55,688 bases of DNA from Kineosporiaceae bacterium. Its GTDB lineage: Bacteria > Actinomycetota > Actinomycetes > Actinomycetales > Kineosporiaceae. The notes under the pieces were generated by a model that saw only the letters and a list, made by a program, of their open reading frames with translations, did no database searches and had not been told where the DNA came from. The translations under genes were made by a program, and so were the position numbers. Positions 1 to 9,498 of this stretch are shown piece after piece (within the stretch, counting starts at the first letter, position 1; each line of letters starts with the position of its first letter). The stretch lies in the NCBI GenBank assembly GCA_035541595.1, contig DATKNA010000146.1:1-55688 (forward strand), given 5' to 3'.

Positions 1-297
1 CGACTTCCGCGACGCGTCGTGCACGTCGATGTCGGCGACCCCCGACGGCGCGTCGCGCTGGAGGCGGACAGCTTCGCCCACCACGGTTCCAGGTCCGATC
101 TCGTGCGCGACTGTGAGCGTTACGACGACCTCGCCGGCGAAGGCTGGAAGGTCCTGCGCTTCACCTGGGAGCACGTCATGTTCGAGCAGCCATGGGTCGC
201 CGAGGTCGTCGAGATGACGTGCCGACAACGGGGCGGTGGCGCCTTCGTCACCTCGCGGCGCGATGTCGTCCCGAGGCCGCGGGCGGGCGACGACTAG
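1..297 (+). CDS. DUF559 (Vsr-like endonuclease fold) protein, C-terminal part; reading frame open to the window edge
   Basis: Frame 1 has no stop from nt 1. The tail ALEADSFAHHGSRSDLVRDCERYDDLAGEGWKVLRFTWEHV looks like DUF559 C-termini. Stop TAG at 295-297. Confidence 0.6.
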   Translation, partial: RLPRRVVHVDVGDPRRRVALEADSFAHHGSRSDLVRDCERYDDLAGEGWKVLRFTWEHVMFEQPWVAEVVEMTCRQRGGGAFVTSRRDVVPRPRAGDD

Positions 298-306
298 CCT
301 GGTGAG

Positions 307-1440
307 GTGAACGAGATCGAGATCGGTCGGGGCAAGCGCGGCCGGCGGGCGTACACGTTCGACGACGTCGCCGTCGTCCCGAGCCGCCGGACCCGTGACC
401 CGGAGGAGGTCAGCGTCGCCTGGCAGATCGACGCCTACCGCTTCGAGATCCCGGTCGTCGCCGCACCGATGGACTCGGTGATGTCGCCGGCGACGGCTGT
501 CGCGCTGGGCCGCCTCGGCGGTCTGGGCGTCCTCGATCTCGAGGGCCTGTGGACCCGGTACGAGGACCCCCGGCCGTTGCTGGAGGAGATCGCCGGCCTC
601 GATGCCACCGAGTCGACCCGTCGCATGCAGGAGATCTACGCGGAGGAGATCAAACCGGACCTCATCGCGGCCCGGGTCAAGGAGATCCGCGACGGCGGGG
701 TGACCGTCGCCGGTGCCCTCACGCCGCAGCGCACCCAGCAGTTCTGGCGCACCGTGGTCGACGCCGGTGTCGATCTGTTCGTCATCCGGGGCACCACCGT
801 CAGCGCCGAGCACGTGTCCGGCCGCGCGGAGCCGCTCAACCTCAAACGCTTCATCTACGAGCTCGACGTGCCCGTGATCGTCGGCGGGTGCGCCACCTAC
901 ACGGCAGCGCTGCACCTCATGCGCACCGGAGCGGCGGGGGTCCTGGTCGGCTTCGGCGGGGGCGCCACCCATACGACCCGGACCACCTTGGGCATCCACG
1001 CGCCGATGGCGACGGCCATCGCCGACGTGGCCGAGGCCCGGCGCGACTACATGGACGAGTCCGGTGGCCGGTACGTCCACGTCATCGCGGACGGCGGCAT
1101 GGGCCGATCCGGCGAGATCGTCAAGGCGGTGGCCTGCGGCGCGGACGCCGTGATGCTCGGCGCCGCCCTGGCCAGGGCACACGAGGCGCCGGGGCGCGGC
1201 CATCACTGGGGGCCGGAGGCGCATCATCCGCTGGTGCCCCGCGGCGAGCGCGTCCACGTCGGGACGGCCGGCTCGTTGGCGGACATCCTGCTGGGCCCCG
1301 CGCGGACCGCCGACGGCACGACGAACCTCGTCGGCGCGCTGCGCCGGTCGATGGCCACCACGGGGTACTCCGATCTCAAGGAGTTCCAGCGGGTCGAGGT
1401 CGTCGTGTCCCCGTACCGCCCGAGTCGACCGGCCGGTTGA
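307..1440 (+). CDS. guaB3: GuaB3-type IMP dehydrogenase-related protein
   Basis: 377 aa. YTFDDVAVVPSRRTRDPEEVSVAWQIDAYRFEIPVVAAPMDSV and GGCATYTAALHLMRTGAAGVLVGFGGG match the actinobacterial GuaB3 family (Rv3410c-like). GTG start 9 nt after the preceding stop. Confidence 0.9.
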   Translation: MNEIEIGRGKRGRRAYTFDDVAVVPSRRTRDPEEVSVAWQIDAYRFEIPVVAAPMDSVMSPATAVALGRLGGLGVLDLEGLWTRYEDPRPLLEEIAGLDATESTRRMQEIYAEEIKPDLIAARVKEIRDGGVTVAGALTPQRTQQFWRTVVDAGVDLFVIRGTTVSAEHVSGRAEPLNLKRFIYELDVPVIVGGCATYTAALHLMRTGAAGVLVGFGGGATHTTRTTLGIHAPMATAIADVAEARRDYMDESGGRYVHVIADGGMGRSGEIVKAVACGADAVMLGAALARAHEAPGRGHHWGPEAHHPLVPRGERVHVGTAGSLADILLGPARTADGTTNLVGALRRSMATTGYSDLKEFQRVEVVVSPYRPSRPAG

Positions 1441-1668
1441 CGGGCCGGCTCGGCCGGCGCAGCGCCGGGGCAGCGCGGGCAGCTGGGGGCGCCCAGGGCA
1501 GTGCCGGGAGCCAGGGAGCGCTCTTCGGTCCTAAGGTCCTGCCGACCAGGGCGGGTGGGCCCTCCGGTGCGTCGGTCCGCGGGGCTACGGTGTGCCATCA
1601 GGCACGAACCACCGAGCTCCACGCAGGCCAGCGCCCGGGTCACCCGGCGGGCCGGGAAGAGGACACAG

Positions 1669-2604
1669 ATGCACTCACTTCGTCCACGCCTGGGCCGCTC
1701 GGCGCTCCTCGCGGCCGGCGTCGCCCTGCTCGCCGCCGTCGCCGCCTGTGGGGGCGGGAGCAGCGGGGGCACGACGTCGTCGTCGGCCGCCGGTAGCGGC
1801 AGCGCCTCGAGCATGCCGTCGATCAGCAAGGACGCCGCGCTCGCGAAGATGCTCCCGTCGTCGATCGCGAGCAAGGGGACCCTGACCATCGGCACCGACG
1901 CCTCGTACGCGCCGAGCGAGTTCGTCGACACCGACGGCAAGACCGTGATCGGCTTCGACGTCGACCTCGCCAAGGCCCTCGGTCAGGTCCTCGGCGTGCA
2001 GGTCAACGTCCAGAACGCCCCGTTCGGCACGATCATCGAGGGCGTCAAGAGCGGCAAGTTCGACCTGGGCATGTCGTCGTTCACCATCAGACCCGACCGG
2101 ATCAAGCAGGTCGACATGGTGAGCTACTACAGCGCCGGCACCGCCTGGGCGGTGGCCGCGGGCAACCCCGAAGGGGTGACGCCGGACAACGCCTGCGGCA
2201 AGAAGGTCGCGGTGCAGAAGGACACGGTTCAGGTCGACGACATCACCGCGCGCTCGAAGAAGTGCACCGACGCCGGCAAGCCGGCGATCGCCGTCGAGCA
2301 GTTCCCGCTGCAGACCGACGTCACCAGCGCGGTCGTCACGGGCAAGGACGACGCGGAGCTGGCGGACTCCCCGGTGATCGCCAACGCGATCAAGCAGACG
2401 AACGGCAAGCTGCAGCAGGTCGGCGAGGTCTACGCCTCGGCGCCGTACGGGATCGTCGTCCCCAAGAACTCCGGTGACTACGCCAAGGCGATCCAGGGCG
2501 CCGTGCAGAAGCTCATCGACAGCGGCGCCTACGAGACGATCCTCAAGAACTGGGGCGTCGAGGGCGGCGCCATCAAGACCTCCGAGATCAATCCGACGTC
2601 ATGA
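1669..2604 (+). CDS. Polar amino-acid ABC transporter substrate-binding lipoprotein
   Basis: Internal ATG at 1669 gives a signal peptide plus lipobox (LLAAVAAC) followed by a family-3 SBP body (TLTIGTDASYAPSEF...). The 1501 start would add an Arg-rich, non-protein-like leader. Confidence 0.85.
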   Translation: MHSLRPRLGRSALLAAGVALLAAVAACGGGSSGGTTSSSAAGSGSASSMPSISKDAALAKMLPSSIASKGTLTIGTDASYAPSEFVDTDGKTVIGFDVDLAKALGQVLGVQVNVQNAPFGTIIEGVKSGKFDLGMSSFTIRPDRIKQVDMVSYYSAGTAWAVAAGNPEGVTPDNACGKKVAVQKDTVQVDDITARSKKCTDAGKPAIAVEQFPLQTDVTSAVVTGKDDAELADSPVIANAIKQTNGKLQQVGEVYASAPYGIVVPKNSGDYAKAIQGAVQKLIDSGAYETILKNWGVEGGAIKTSEINPTS

Positions 2605-3524
2605 GTGACACGCTGACGAAGGGGCCCGAGACGCGGCCTGCGCCCATCAAGGCCGTCCCCGTCCGGCATCCGGGCCGGTGGGCCGCCGTCGTCGTCATCG
2701 CCGTGCTGGTGGCAATGGCGATCAACAGCATCGTCACGAACCCGAACTGGCAATGGGAGTTCCAGCTCCAGAACGCCTTCTCGGAACCCGTGCTGCACGG
2801 CGTGTGGACCACCCTGTGGCTGACGGTCGCCGCGATGGCGATGGGCGTCCTGCTCGGCATCGTCCTGGCGGTGATGAGGCTGTCGCCGAACCCGGTCCTC
2901 GCCGGCAGCGCCTGGTTCTACATCTGGATCTTCCGGGGGACCCCCGTGCTCGTCCAGCTCGTCATCTGGGCGAACCTCGGCTCGCTGTACCGGCAGATCT
3001 CCCTCGGCGTGCCGTTCGGGCCGGCCTGGTTCACGATCGACACCCGCAACCTCATTCCGAACGCGGTGGCCGCCCTGCTCGGGCTCGGTCTGAACGAGGC
3101 CGCGTACATGTCCGAGATCATCCGCGCCGGCATCCTGTCGGTGGATGAAGGCCAGTCCGAGGCGGCGTCCGCTCTCGGGTTCTCCCGGATGCAGACCCTG
3201 CGACGCGTCGTCCTGCCGCAGGCGATGCGGGTGGTCGTCCCGCCGACGGGCAACGAGACCATCTCGATGCTCAAGACCACCTCGCTGGTCAGCGCGGTGC
3301 CGTACGCCGAGTTGTTCTTCCAGACCTCGTCGATCGGCAGCCGCACCTTCCAGGTGTTCCCGACGCTGGTGATGGCCAGTCTGTGGTACCTCGCCATGAC
3401 GAGCGTGCTCATGATCGGCCAGTACTACATCGAGCGGTACTACGCGCGGGGTTCCGTGCGTGTGCTGCCGCCGACGCCGCTGCAGCGGCTGCGGATGCGG
3501 CTCACGGGGAAGGAGCTGCGATGA
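2601..3524 (+). CDS. Amino-acid ABC transporter permease
   Basis: 307 aa, multi-TM, with an EAA-type loop ([30 protein letters not shown]). ATGA overlap with the SBP gene. Confidence 0.9.
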   Translation: MSDTLTKGPETRPAPIKAVPVRHPGRWAAVVVIAVLVAMAINSIVTNPNWQWEFQLQNAFSEPVLHGVWTTLWLTVAAMAMGVLLGIVLAVMRLSPNPVLAGSAWFYIWIFRGTPVLVQLVIWANLGSLYRQISLGVPFGPAWFTIDTRNLIPNAVAALLGLGLNEAAYMSEIIRAGILSVDEGQSEAASALGFSRMQTLRRVVLPQAMRVVVPPTGNETISMLKTTSLVSAVPYAELFFQTSSIGSRTFQVFPTLVMASLWYLAMTSVLMIGQYYIERYYARGSVRVLPPTPLQRLRMRLTGKELR

Positions 3525-4381
3525 GCGAGGGAACTCCGGTCCGCGGGCGCGGCCAACCGGACGCCGTCGAACCAGGCGTCGCCTCCGCAGCGACGGCGGG
3601 CGCCGGCGCGCCGGCGTCCGCGCCGCCGATGGTGAAGGCCGAGCAGCTTCACAAGTACTTCGGTGCGACACATGTGCTCAAGGGCATCGATCTCGAGGTG
3701 AAGCGCCGCGAGGTCATGTGCGTCGTCGGCCCGTCGGGGTCGGGCAAGTCCACGCTGCTGCGCTGCATCAACCACCTCGAGAAGATCGACGCCGGCCGGC
3801 TCTCGGTGGACGGCGAGCTCGTCGGTTACCGGGAGCGCAGCGGCAAGCTCTATGAGCTGCGCGAACGTGAGGTCGCCCACCAGCGCCGCGACATCGGCAT
3901 GGTGTTCCAGCGGTTCAACCTCTTCCCCCACATGACGGCCATGGAGAACGTCATGGAGGCGCCGTGCCGGGTGAAGAAGGAGCCGAAGAACGCCGTCCGT
4001 GAGCGCGCGCAGGCCTTGCTCGACCGGGTCGGCCTCGGCGACCGCGGCGGTGCCTATCCGAGCCAGCTGTCCGGTGGTCAGCAGCAGCGGGTCGCGATCG
4101 CCCGGGCGCTGGCCATGCAGCCCAAGCTCATGCTCTTCGACGAGCCGACGTCCGCGCTGGACCCGGAACTCGTGGGAGAGGTCCTCGACGTCATGCGCCG
4201 GCTCGCCCTCGACGGCATGACCATGGTCGTCGTGACGCACGAGATGGGCTTCGCCCGCGAGGTGGGTGACAGCCTGGTGTTCATGGACGACGGCGTCGTC
4301 GTCGAGGCCGGCGATCCCAAGGAAGTGCTCCTGCGCCCTCAGCACGAGCGCACGAAGACCTTTCTGTCGAAGGTGCTGTGA
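3521..4381 (+). CDS. Amino-acid ABC transporter ATP-binding protein
   Basis: ATG 3521 overlaps the permease stop (ATGA). Walker [10 protein letters not shown], signature [15 protein letters not shown], Walker [13 protein letters not shown]. Confidence 0.9.
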   Translation: MSEGTPVRGRGQPDAVEPGVASAATAGAGAPASAPPMVKAEQLHKYFGATHVLKGIDLEVKRREVMCVVGPSGSGKSTLLRCINHLEKIDAGRLSVDGELVGYRERSGKLYELREREVAHQRRDIGMVFQRFNLFPHMTAMENVMEAPCRVKKEPKNAVRERAQALLDRVGLGDRGGAYPSQLSGGQQQRVAIARALAMQPKLMLFDEPTSALDPELVGEVLDVMRRLALDGMTMVVVTHEMGFAREVGDSLVFMDDGVVVEAGDPKEVLLRPQHERTKTFLSKVL

Positions 4382-4536
4382 TTCGACCTGTACGCTTCCG
4401 CGACGTATTCCCCGATCGTGGTCGCCCGGGGGAATGACGATGATTCGGGGAGACGCGTCGCCGGCGGGAGTTGGCGAATGGGGGGACCGGGCCCGGCAAC
4501 CGGGGGTGCCGCGAACGCCGGCCGTACGCTGCTCCC

Positions 4537-6285
4537 ATGACGGACGGTCTCGACATTCGGTCCGGCCGCCTCGGGCCCGCGGAGCGCAGCGGGGCACTGG
4601 CCGCGATGACGGGTCGCCCGTTCGACGTCCTCATCGTCGGCGGGGGCGTGGTCGGCGCGGGTGCGGCGCTCGACGCGGCGACCCGGGGCCTCTCGGTCGC
4701 TCTCGTCGAGGGCCGTGACTGGGCCAGCGGCACGAGCTCGCGCTCGAGCAAGCTCATCCACGGCGGGCTGCGATACCTCGAGATGCTCGACTTCGCCCTC
4801 GTGGTGGAGGCGCTGCGGGAACGCGGCCTCATCCTCACCCGGCTCGCGCCCCACCTCACCCGGCCGGTCCCGTTCCTCTACCCGTTGCGGCACCGGGGCT
4901 GGGAGCGCGGCTACGTCGCGGCCGGCGTCACCCTGTACGACCTCATGGCGCGCACGGGCGGCTACGGCGCCGGCCTGCCGTTCCACCGCCACCTGACCCG
5001 GAAGCAGGCCCTGCGGGCCGTGCCCAGCATGCGCCGGGACGCCCTCGTCGGCGCCGTCCAGTACTTCGATGCGCAGCTGGACGACGCCCGCCACACGATG
5101 AACGTCGTCCGGACCGCCGCGGCGTACGGGGCGACGGTGGCGAACCGGGCACGAGTGGTCGGCTTCCTGCGCGAGGGGGAGCGCGTCGTCGGCGTACGCG
5201 TGCGGGACATGGAGCACTACCCGGCGCAGGGCGCCGAGATCGAGGTCCAGGCCCACCAGGTGATCAACGCGACCGGAGTCTGGACCGACGAGACCCAGGC
5301 GATGGTGGGTGAGCGAGGTCAGTTCAAGGTGCGTGCGTCGAAGGGGATCCACCTCGTCGTGCCGCGGGACCGCATCCTGTCGACCACCGGGATCATCCTG
5401 CGCACCGAGACGTCCGTGCTGTTCGTGATCCCCTGGGGCCGGCATTGGATCATCGGCACGACCGATACCGACTGGACCCTCGACAAGGCCCACCCCGCGG
5501 CGTCCAGCCGGGACATCGACTACCTGCTCGGTCAGGTGAACTCGGTGCTCGCCACCCCGCTGACGCGCGAGGACGTCGAGGGTGTCTACGCCGGTCTGCG
5601 CCCGCTGCTGGCCGGCGAGAGCGACCAGACGTCGAAGCTGTCCCGCGAGCACGTCGTCGCCCACCCGGTGCCCGGGCTCGTCGTCGTCGCCGGCGGCAAG
5701 TACACGACCTACCGGGTGATGGCGAAGGACGCGGTGGACGAAGCGGCCCGCGCCCTCGACTTCCGGGTGGCGCCGTCGTGCACCGACGAGGTGCCGCTGC
5801 TGGGAGCCGAAGGGTACCGGGCGGCGTGGAACTCCCGCGCCCGGACGGCGGCGCGCGCCGGCCTGCACGTGGCCAGGATCGAGCACCTGTTGCAGCGTTA
5901 CGGCTCGATGATCGACGAGGTCCTGGAGCTGTGCGCCCCGCCGACGGGCGACCCTGCGCTGGGCCGCCCGCTGCCCGGCGCGGACGACTACCTGGCCGCC
6001 GAGGTGGTGTACGCCGCCTCCCATGAGGGTGCCCGGCACCTGGACGACGTCCTGGCCCGGCGGACCCGGATCTCCATCGAGACCTGGGACCGCGGCGTGT
6101 CCACCGCGCCGCACGCGGCCCGGCTCATGGCGGGCGTCCTGGGCTGGTCCGGCGAGCAGATGGAGCGCGAGGTCCAGCACTACCTGGCCCGGGTCGAGGC
6201 GGAGCGGGCCTCCCAGGCCCAGCCGGACGACGAGTCCGCGGACGCCGCCCGCGTCGGCGCGCCCGAGATCGTCCCGCTGTCCTGA
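4537..6285 (+). CDS. glpD: FAD-dependent glycerol-3-phosphate dehydrogenase
   Basis: DVLIVGGGVVGAGAALDAATRGLSVALVE dinucleotide fold, GTSSRSSKLIHGGLRYLE, and a GlpD-type C-terminal domain. Start chosen at the internal ATG (MTDGLD...). Confidence 0.85.
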   Translation: MTDGLDIRSGRLGPAERSGALAAMTGRPFDVLIVGGGVVGAGAALDAATRGLSVALVEGRDWASGTSSRSSKLIHGGLRYLEMLDFALVVEALRERGLILTRLAPHLTRPVPFLYPLRHRGWERGYVAAGVTLYDLMARTGGYGAGLPFHRHLTRKQALRAVPSMRRDALVGAVQYFDAQLDDARHTMNVVRTAAAYGATVANRARVVGFLREGERVVGVRVRDMEHYPAQGAEIEVQAHQVINATGVWTDETQAMVGERGQFKVRASKGIHLVVPRDRILSTTGIILRTETSVLFVIPWGRHWIIGTTDTDWTLDKAHPAASSRDIDYLLGQVNSVLATPLTREDVEGVYAGLRPLLAGESDQTSKLSREHVVAHPVPGLVVVAGGKYTTYRVMAKDAVDEAARALDFRVAPSCTDEVPLLGAEGYRAAWNSRARTAARAGLHVARIEHLLQRYGSMIDEVLELCAPPTGDPALGRPLPGADDYLAAEVVYAASHEGARHLDDVLARRTRISIETWDRGVSTAPHAARLMAGVLGWSGEQMEREVQHYLARVEAERASQAQPDDESADAARVGAPEIVPLS

Positions 6286-6435
6286 GCTCATCCGGCGTCG
6301 TGTGCTCTCCGCCTGCGACGGACACGCCGAGAATCCGACACATCTGGGTGTACCAGGGCATTCCGGCGCGCGTTAAGGATTCTGCCGGTGCTGCCGAGGG
6401 GTAGACGGAGAGCCGCCGACCCTGGGGAGCACGAC

Positions 6436-6807
6436 ATGACGATCATCAAGGCCACCTGCCCCGTGTGCGGCGACGTCCAGCTCTCCCGTGACCAGGTCCG
6501 GCTCGTGCTGCACCCCGTGCGTGATCGTTCCTTCTACGCGTTCACGTGCAACGTCTGCGACGACGAGGTACGCAAGCCGGCCGGTCCCGAGGTGGTGCGG
6601 CTGCTCCGCATGGGTGGTGTCGTCCCGGAGAGCGCGGACTTCCCCGCCGAGGCGGCACAGGAGCACCACGGGCCGGCGCTGACCTACGACGACGTGCTCG
6701 ACTTCGTCACCTGGCTGCGCGGCGCGACGGCGATCGCGGCAGCCGCGGGGGCGGGCCTGCACCGGCGGATCGACGACACCTCGGACTCCGTCCGGCACCA
6801 GCCCTGA
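6436..6807 (+). CDS. Hypothetical small protein with a CxxC...CxxC zinc-ribbon-like N-terminus
   Basis: MTIIKATCPVCGD...FTCNVCDD. Protein-like composition. No family recognised. Confidence 0.5.
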   Translation: MTIIKATCPVCGDVQLSRDQVRLVLHPVRDRSFYAFTCNVCDDEVRKPAGPEVVRLLRMGGVVPESADFPAEAAQEHHGPALTYDDVLDFVTWLRGATAIAAAAGAGLHRRIDDTSDSVRHQP

Positions 6808-6842
6808 ACCGCAAGCCACGACGACGCGGGCCCCGCCGGCGT

Positions 6843-7631
6843 TCACCCTTCGGCGGCCAGCGCTCCGGCCGCAGAGAGGAGCTCGCCGACGACGTCCTGC
6901 GGAACGGACTCGCCCCTCGACGACACCGCCAACGCCCACCACGGTTCCGCGGCGTCCCGCCGGGCCACCAACGCCGCCGCGCAGGAGACGCCGTCGCGGA
7001 ACTGACCGTGCTCGGTCACGACGTGCTGCGCCCCCATCGCCGCCAGCTCGGTCTCCAGCTCGTCGACGTCGCGCGGCGTGCGGCTGGTGAACTGTCGCAG
7101 ACCCTGCTCGCGCAGGTACCCACGGCGGGCCTCACGGGACAGCGTCGCGAGCAGCGCCTTGCCCGCCGCTGAGGCGTGCGCGGACGCGTCCAGCCCGACC
7201 TCCAGGTCCTCGATGTAGGGGGACGCCGGGCCTTCGGCGAGATCGGTGACGACGACGCGACCCTCGACGAACCGGGTCAGGTACGCAGAGTGACCCGTCG
7301 CTGCCGCCAGCCGCCCCAGCACCCTGCCGGCGCCCGCGGGTCGGCCCAGCGCCGTCCGCAGGTCGTGGAACCGCCGCGCGACCTCGGGACCCGCGACGTA
7401 ACGCCCGTCCGGGTGTCGCACCAGGTAGCCCTCGTACGCCAGCGTCCGTGCCAGGTGATAGGTGGTCGACAGGTTGAGCCCGGCGCGCCGCGCCACGGCC
7501 TTCATGGTCAGCGGCACCGGACTGGCCGCCACCACCTCGAGCACGTGCAATGCCCGCGATACGCTCTGCACCTGGTCGCGCGGCTGCTCGCGATGCGGTG
7601 ACACGGGCGGCGCCCACCGTGATGTGGTCAT
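6843..7631 (-). CDS. IclR-family transcriptional regulator
   Basis: N-terminal wHTH (LHVLEVVAASPVPLTMKAVARRAGLNLSTTYHLARTLAYEGYL) plus an IclR effector-domain-length C-terminus. Divergent from the downstream enzyme genes. Confidence 0.85.
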   Translation of the reverse strand: MTTSRWAPPVSPHREQPRDQVQSVSRALHVLEVVAASPVPLTMKAVARRAGLNLSTTYHLARTLAYEGYLVRHPDGRYVAGPEVARRFHDLRTALGRPAGAGRVLGRLAAATGHSAYLTRFVEGRVVVTDLAEGPASPYIEDLEVGLDASAHASAAGKALLATLSREARRGYLREQGLRQFTSRTPRDVDELETELAAMGAQHVVTEHGQFRDGVSCAAALVARRDAAEPWWALAVSSRGESVPQDVVGELLSAAGALAAEG

Positions 7632-7789
7632 CCGTCACCTCCTCGCGGTGCAGGTCATCGTCCCCCGGTCGGGCGCCCGGTGCCAGCGGGATCTGCCCGA
7701 TCCGGGTCCGGACGTCGACCGCCTCGGGCCTTTCGCGATGTGAAAAGGACGCTCTCCTGGGGCGGCCTACAGCCGCCTACCGTCGTCGC

Positions 7790-8206
7790 ATGCCGACGGG
7801 CTCCGCTGGTCGTGGCGACCACCGCGAGGACTACACGGAGCAGGTCAGGTCGGCGCTGGCCGACGTCCACGATCCCTGCTGCCGGGAGAAGGGGATCTCC
7901 GTGACGGAGATGGGCCTGCTGCGGTCGGCGAGCAGGTCCGATGACGGGGACGTCCGGGTCGAGCTCCTGCTCACGTCGGGCTGGTGCCCGTTCGCCGCGA
8001 CCGTCCTCAGCGACGTGCGTGATCGCGTCGCGGCCCTGCCGGGCGTGACGAGCGCGGACGTCCAGATCGTCTGGGACGAGGCCTGGACGACGGAGCGCCT
8101 CTCGGCACGCGCTCGCGGCCTGCTGCGCTTCCTGCCCGACCCCGTCCGGGTGCCCGACCCCCGGGCCTACGCCCACGACCGACTGGAGGGCCGACATGAT
8201 CGGTGA
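7790..8206 (+). CDS. DUF59 (MIP18/PaaD-like metal-sulfur cluster assembly factor) domain protein
   Basis: ATG at 7790. VRSALADVHDPCC...ISVTEMGLL...TSGWCPF is a DUF59-like pattern. Overlaps the next gene by 11 nt. Confidence 0.65.
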   Translation: MPTGSAGRGDHREDYTEQVRSALADVHDPCCREKGISVTEMGLLRSASRSDDGDVRVELLLTSGWCPFAATVLSDVRDRVAALPGVTSADVQIVWDEAWTTERLSARARGLLRFLPDPVRVPDPRAYAHDRLEGRHDR

Positions 8207-9209
8207 CGCGTTCGTCTTCGACGGGGTGGCGCACCCCTTCAACTTCCATCCGAAGAACGTCCTCGGCGGCGCCGGGACGATGTTCGCCAACCACCTCTAT
8301 GCGTTCCACGCCACCCTGACACCGGACGGTGAACGCAGGATGACGGCCGAGGAGTTCCTGCGACAGTGGACACCGGACGACATCCGGCAGATGGTCTACC
8401 ACGAGTCCGACACGGACATGCTCGTGGCGATGCCGCTGCCGCTCACCGACCTGTTCAAGGACGGGCTCTCGAACTGGGAGGAGTGCGCCGACCTCGCGTC
8501 GCGGGAGCCGGACCGGACCGTGTTCTGGGGCACGGTGAATCCGCTGGAGGGCCGCAAGGCGCTGGACGACATGGAACGCCAGGTCGGCGAGTTCAATGCC
8601 AGGGCGTTCAAGTTCTACAACGTGCGCTACGACTTCGGTTCGCCGTTCCCGTGGCGGATGGACGATCCCCGCATCGCGTTCCCGATCTTCGAGAAGGCAC
8701 GTGACCTCGGCATCAACCTCATCGGCGTGCACAAGGGCGTGCCGCTGGGGCCACAGCCGATCGAGGCGACGCAGACCTGGGACATGGACGGGGCCGCGGC
8801 CAACTTCCCCGACATCAACTTCGTGATCTTCCACGTCGGGTTGCCGTTCATCGACGAGACCTGCTGGCAGCTGATCCGGTACCCGAACCTCTACGCGTCG
8901 CTCGCTGCCACGATCAACTTCCTGGTGCGCGCACCGCGCATGTTCGCGGAGATCCTCGGCAAGCTCCTGTTCTGGTGCGGCGAGGACAAGATCGTCTACG
9001 GCAGCGAGGCACCGATCTTCCATCCGCAGTGGGCCTTGCGCGCGTTCATGGAGTTCGAGCTCCCGCAGGACCTCGTCGAGGGCTACGGCTACCCGCAGCT
9101 CACCGACGTGGCCAAGCGGAAGATCCTGGGCGAGAACCTGCTGCGCCTGCACGGCTTCGACGTGGACGCCACGAAGGCCCGGCTCGCTCGTCCGCAGGCC
9201 CACGACTGA
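8196..9209 (+). CDS. Amidohydrolase-2 (PF04909-like; ACMSD/LigI/decarboxylase superfamily) protein
   Basis: 337 aa. FDGVAHPFNF..., VHKGVPLGP..., IFHVGLPF..., IVYGSEAPI look like TIM-barrel metal-hydrolase motifs. Confidence 0.8.
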   Translation: MIGDAFVFDGVAHPFNFHPKNVLGGAGTMFANHLYAFHATLTPDGERRMTAEEFLRQWTPDDIRQMVYHESDTDMLVAMPLPLTDLFKDGLSNWEECADLASREPDRTVFWGTVNPLEGRKALDDMERQVGEFNARAFKFYNVRYDFGSPFPWRMDDPRIAFPIFEKARDLGINLIGVHKGVPLGPQPIEATQTWDMDGAAANFPDINFVIFHVGLPFIDETCWQLIRYPNLYASLAATINFLVRAPRMFAEILGKLLFWCGEDKIVYGSEAPIFHPQWALRAFMEFELPQDLVEGYGYPQLTDVAKRKILGENLLRLHGFDVDATKARLARPQAHD

Positions 9210-9210
9210 C

Positions 9211-9228
9211 GGGCCGGCGCACCGGCCC
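9211..9228 (+). terminator. Short GC hairpin just after the amidohydrolase stop (I-shaped terminator candidate)
   Basis: GGGCCGG-cgca-CCGGCCC, a perfect 7-bp stem 2 nt after TGA 9207-9209. No U-tract. Confidence 0.4.
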
Positions 9229-9340
9229 GCGATGCGCGAGCGGGCGGGCGTGCGGCGAGGCCGGCGCGCGGTCGTGCGGCGAGGCGGGCGTGCGGCGAGG
9301 CGGGTGCGGGCGTGCGTGGGCGTGCACGCGCTGTCTTGGA

Positions 9341-9416
9341 ATGCACGGGTTGTGACGCTGTGGGGGCCCCTGTCAGCGCCACAACCCGTGCACGTCCGCA
9401 CAACGCGTGCACGCGG
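9341..9416. repeat. Dispersed palindromic intergenic element, copy A
   Basis: 18-bp arms GCACGGGTTGTGACGCTG / CAGCGCCACAACCCGTGC (1 mismatch) around TGGGGGCCCCTGT. About 67% ungapped identity over ~73 nt to 40557-40632. Confidence 0.6.
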
Positions 9417-9498
9417 AGCGCATGGGTGCGTGGGGCCGCGCGGCGAGGCGGTTACCGGCTGGTAGTCAGCGGCCGGTGGCGGGACATACCCTCGCGGT

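Noticed and set aside
4339-6291. 650-aa ORF antisense to glpD. Similar long antisense or off-frame ORFs include 549-1796, 8007-9737, 11013-13487, 15248-17071, 38221-40149, 47762-49738 and 51216-53270.
   Set aside because: They are extremely Arg/Pro/Gly/Asp-rich with no motifs, and each fully overlaps a gene with clear conserved motifs. This is the classic stop-codon-poor artefact of >70% G+C DNA.
8196-9209. Lower G+C of the amidohydrolase gene as evidence of horizontal transfer.
   Set aside because: Third codon positions remain G/C-rich. The drop is explained by an amino-acid composition rich in Phe/Asn/Lys/Tyr/Ile. No mobility genes or flanking repeats were seen.
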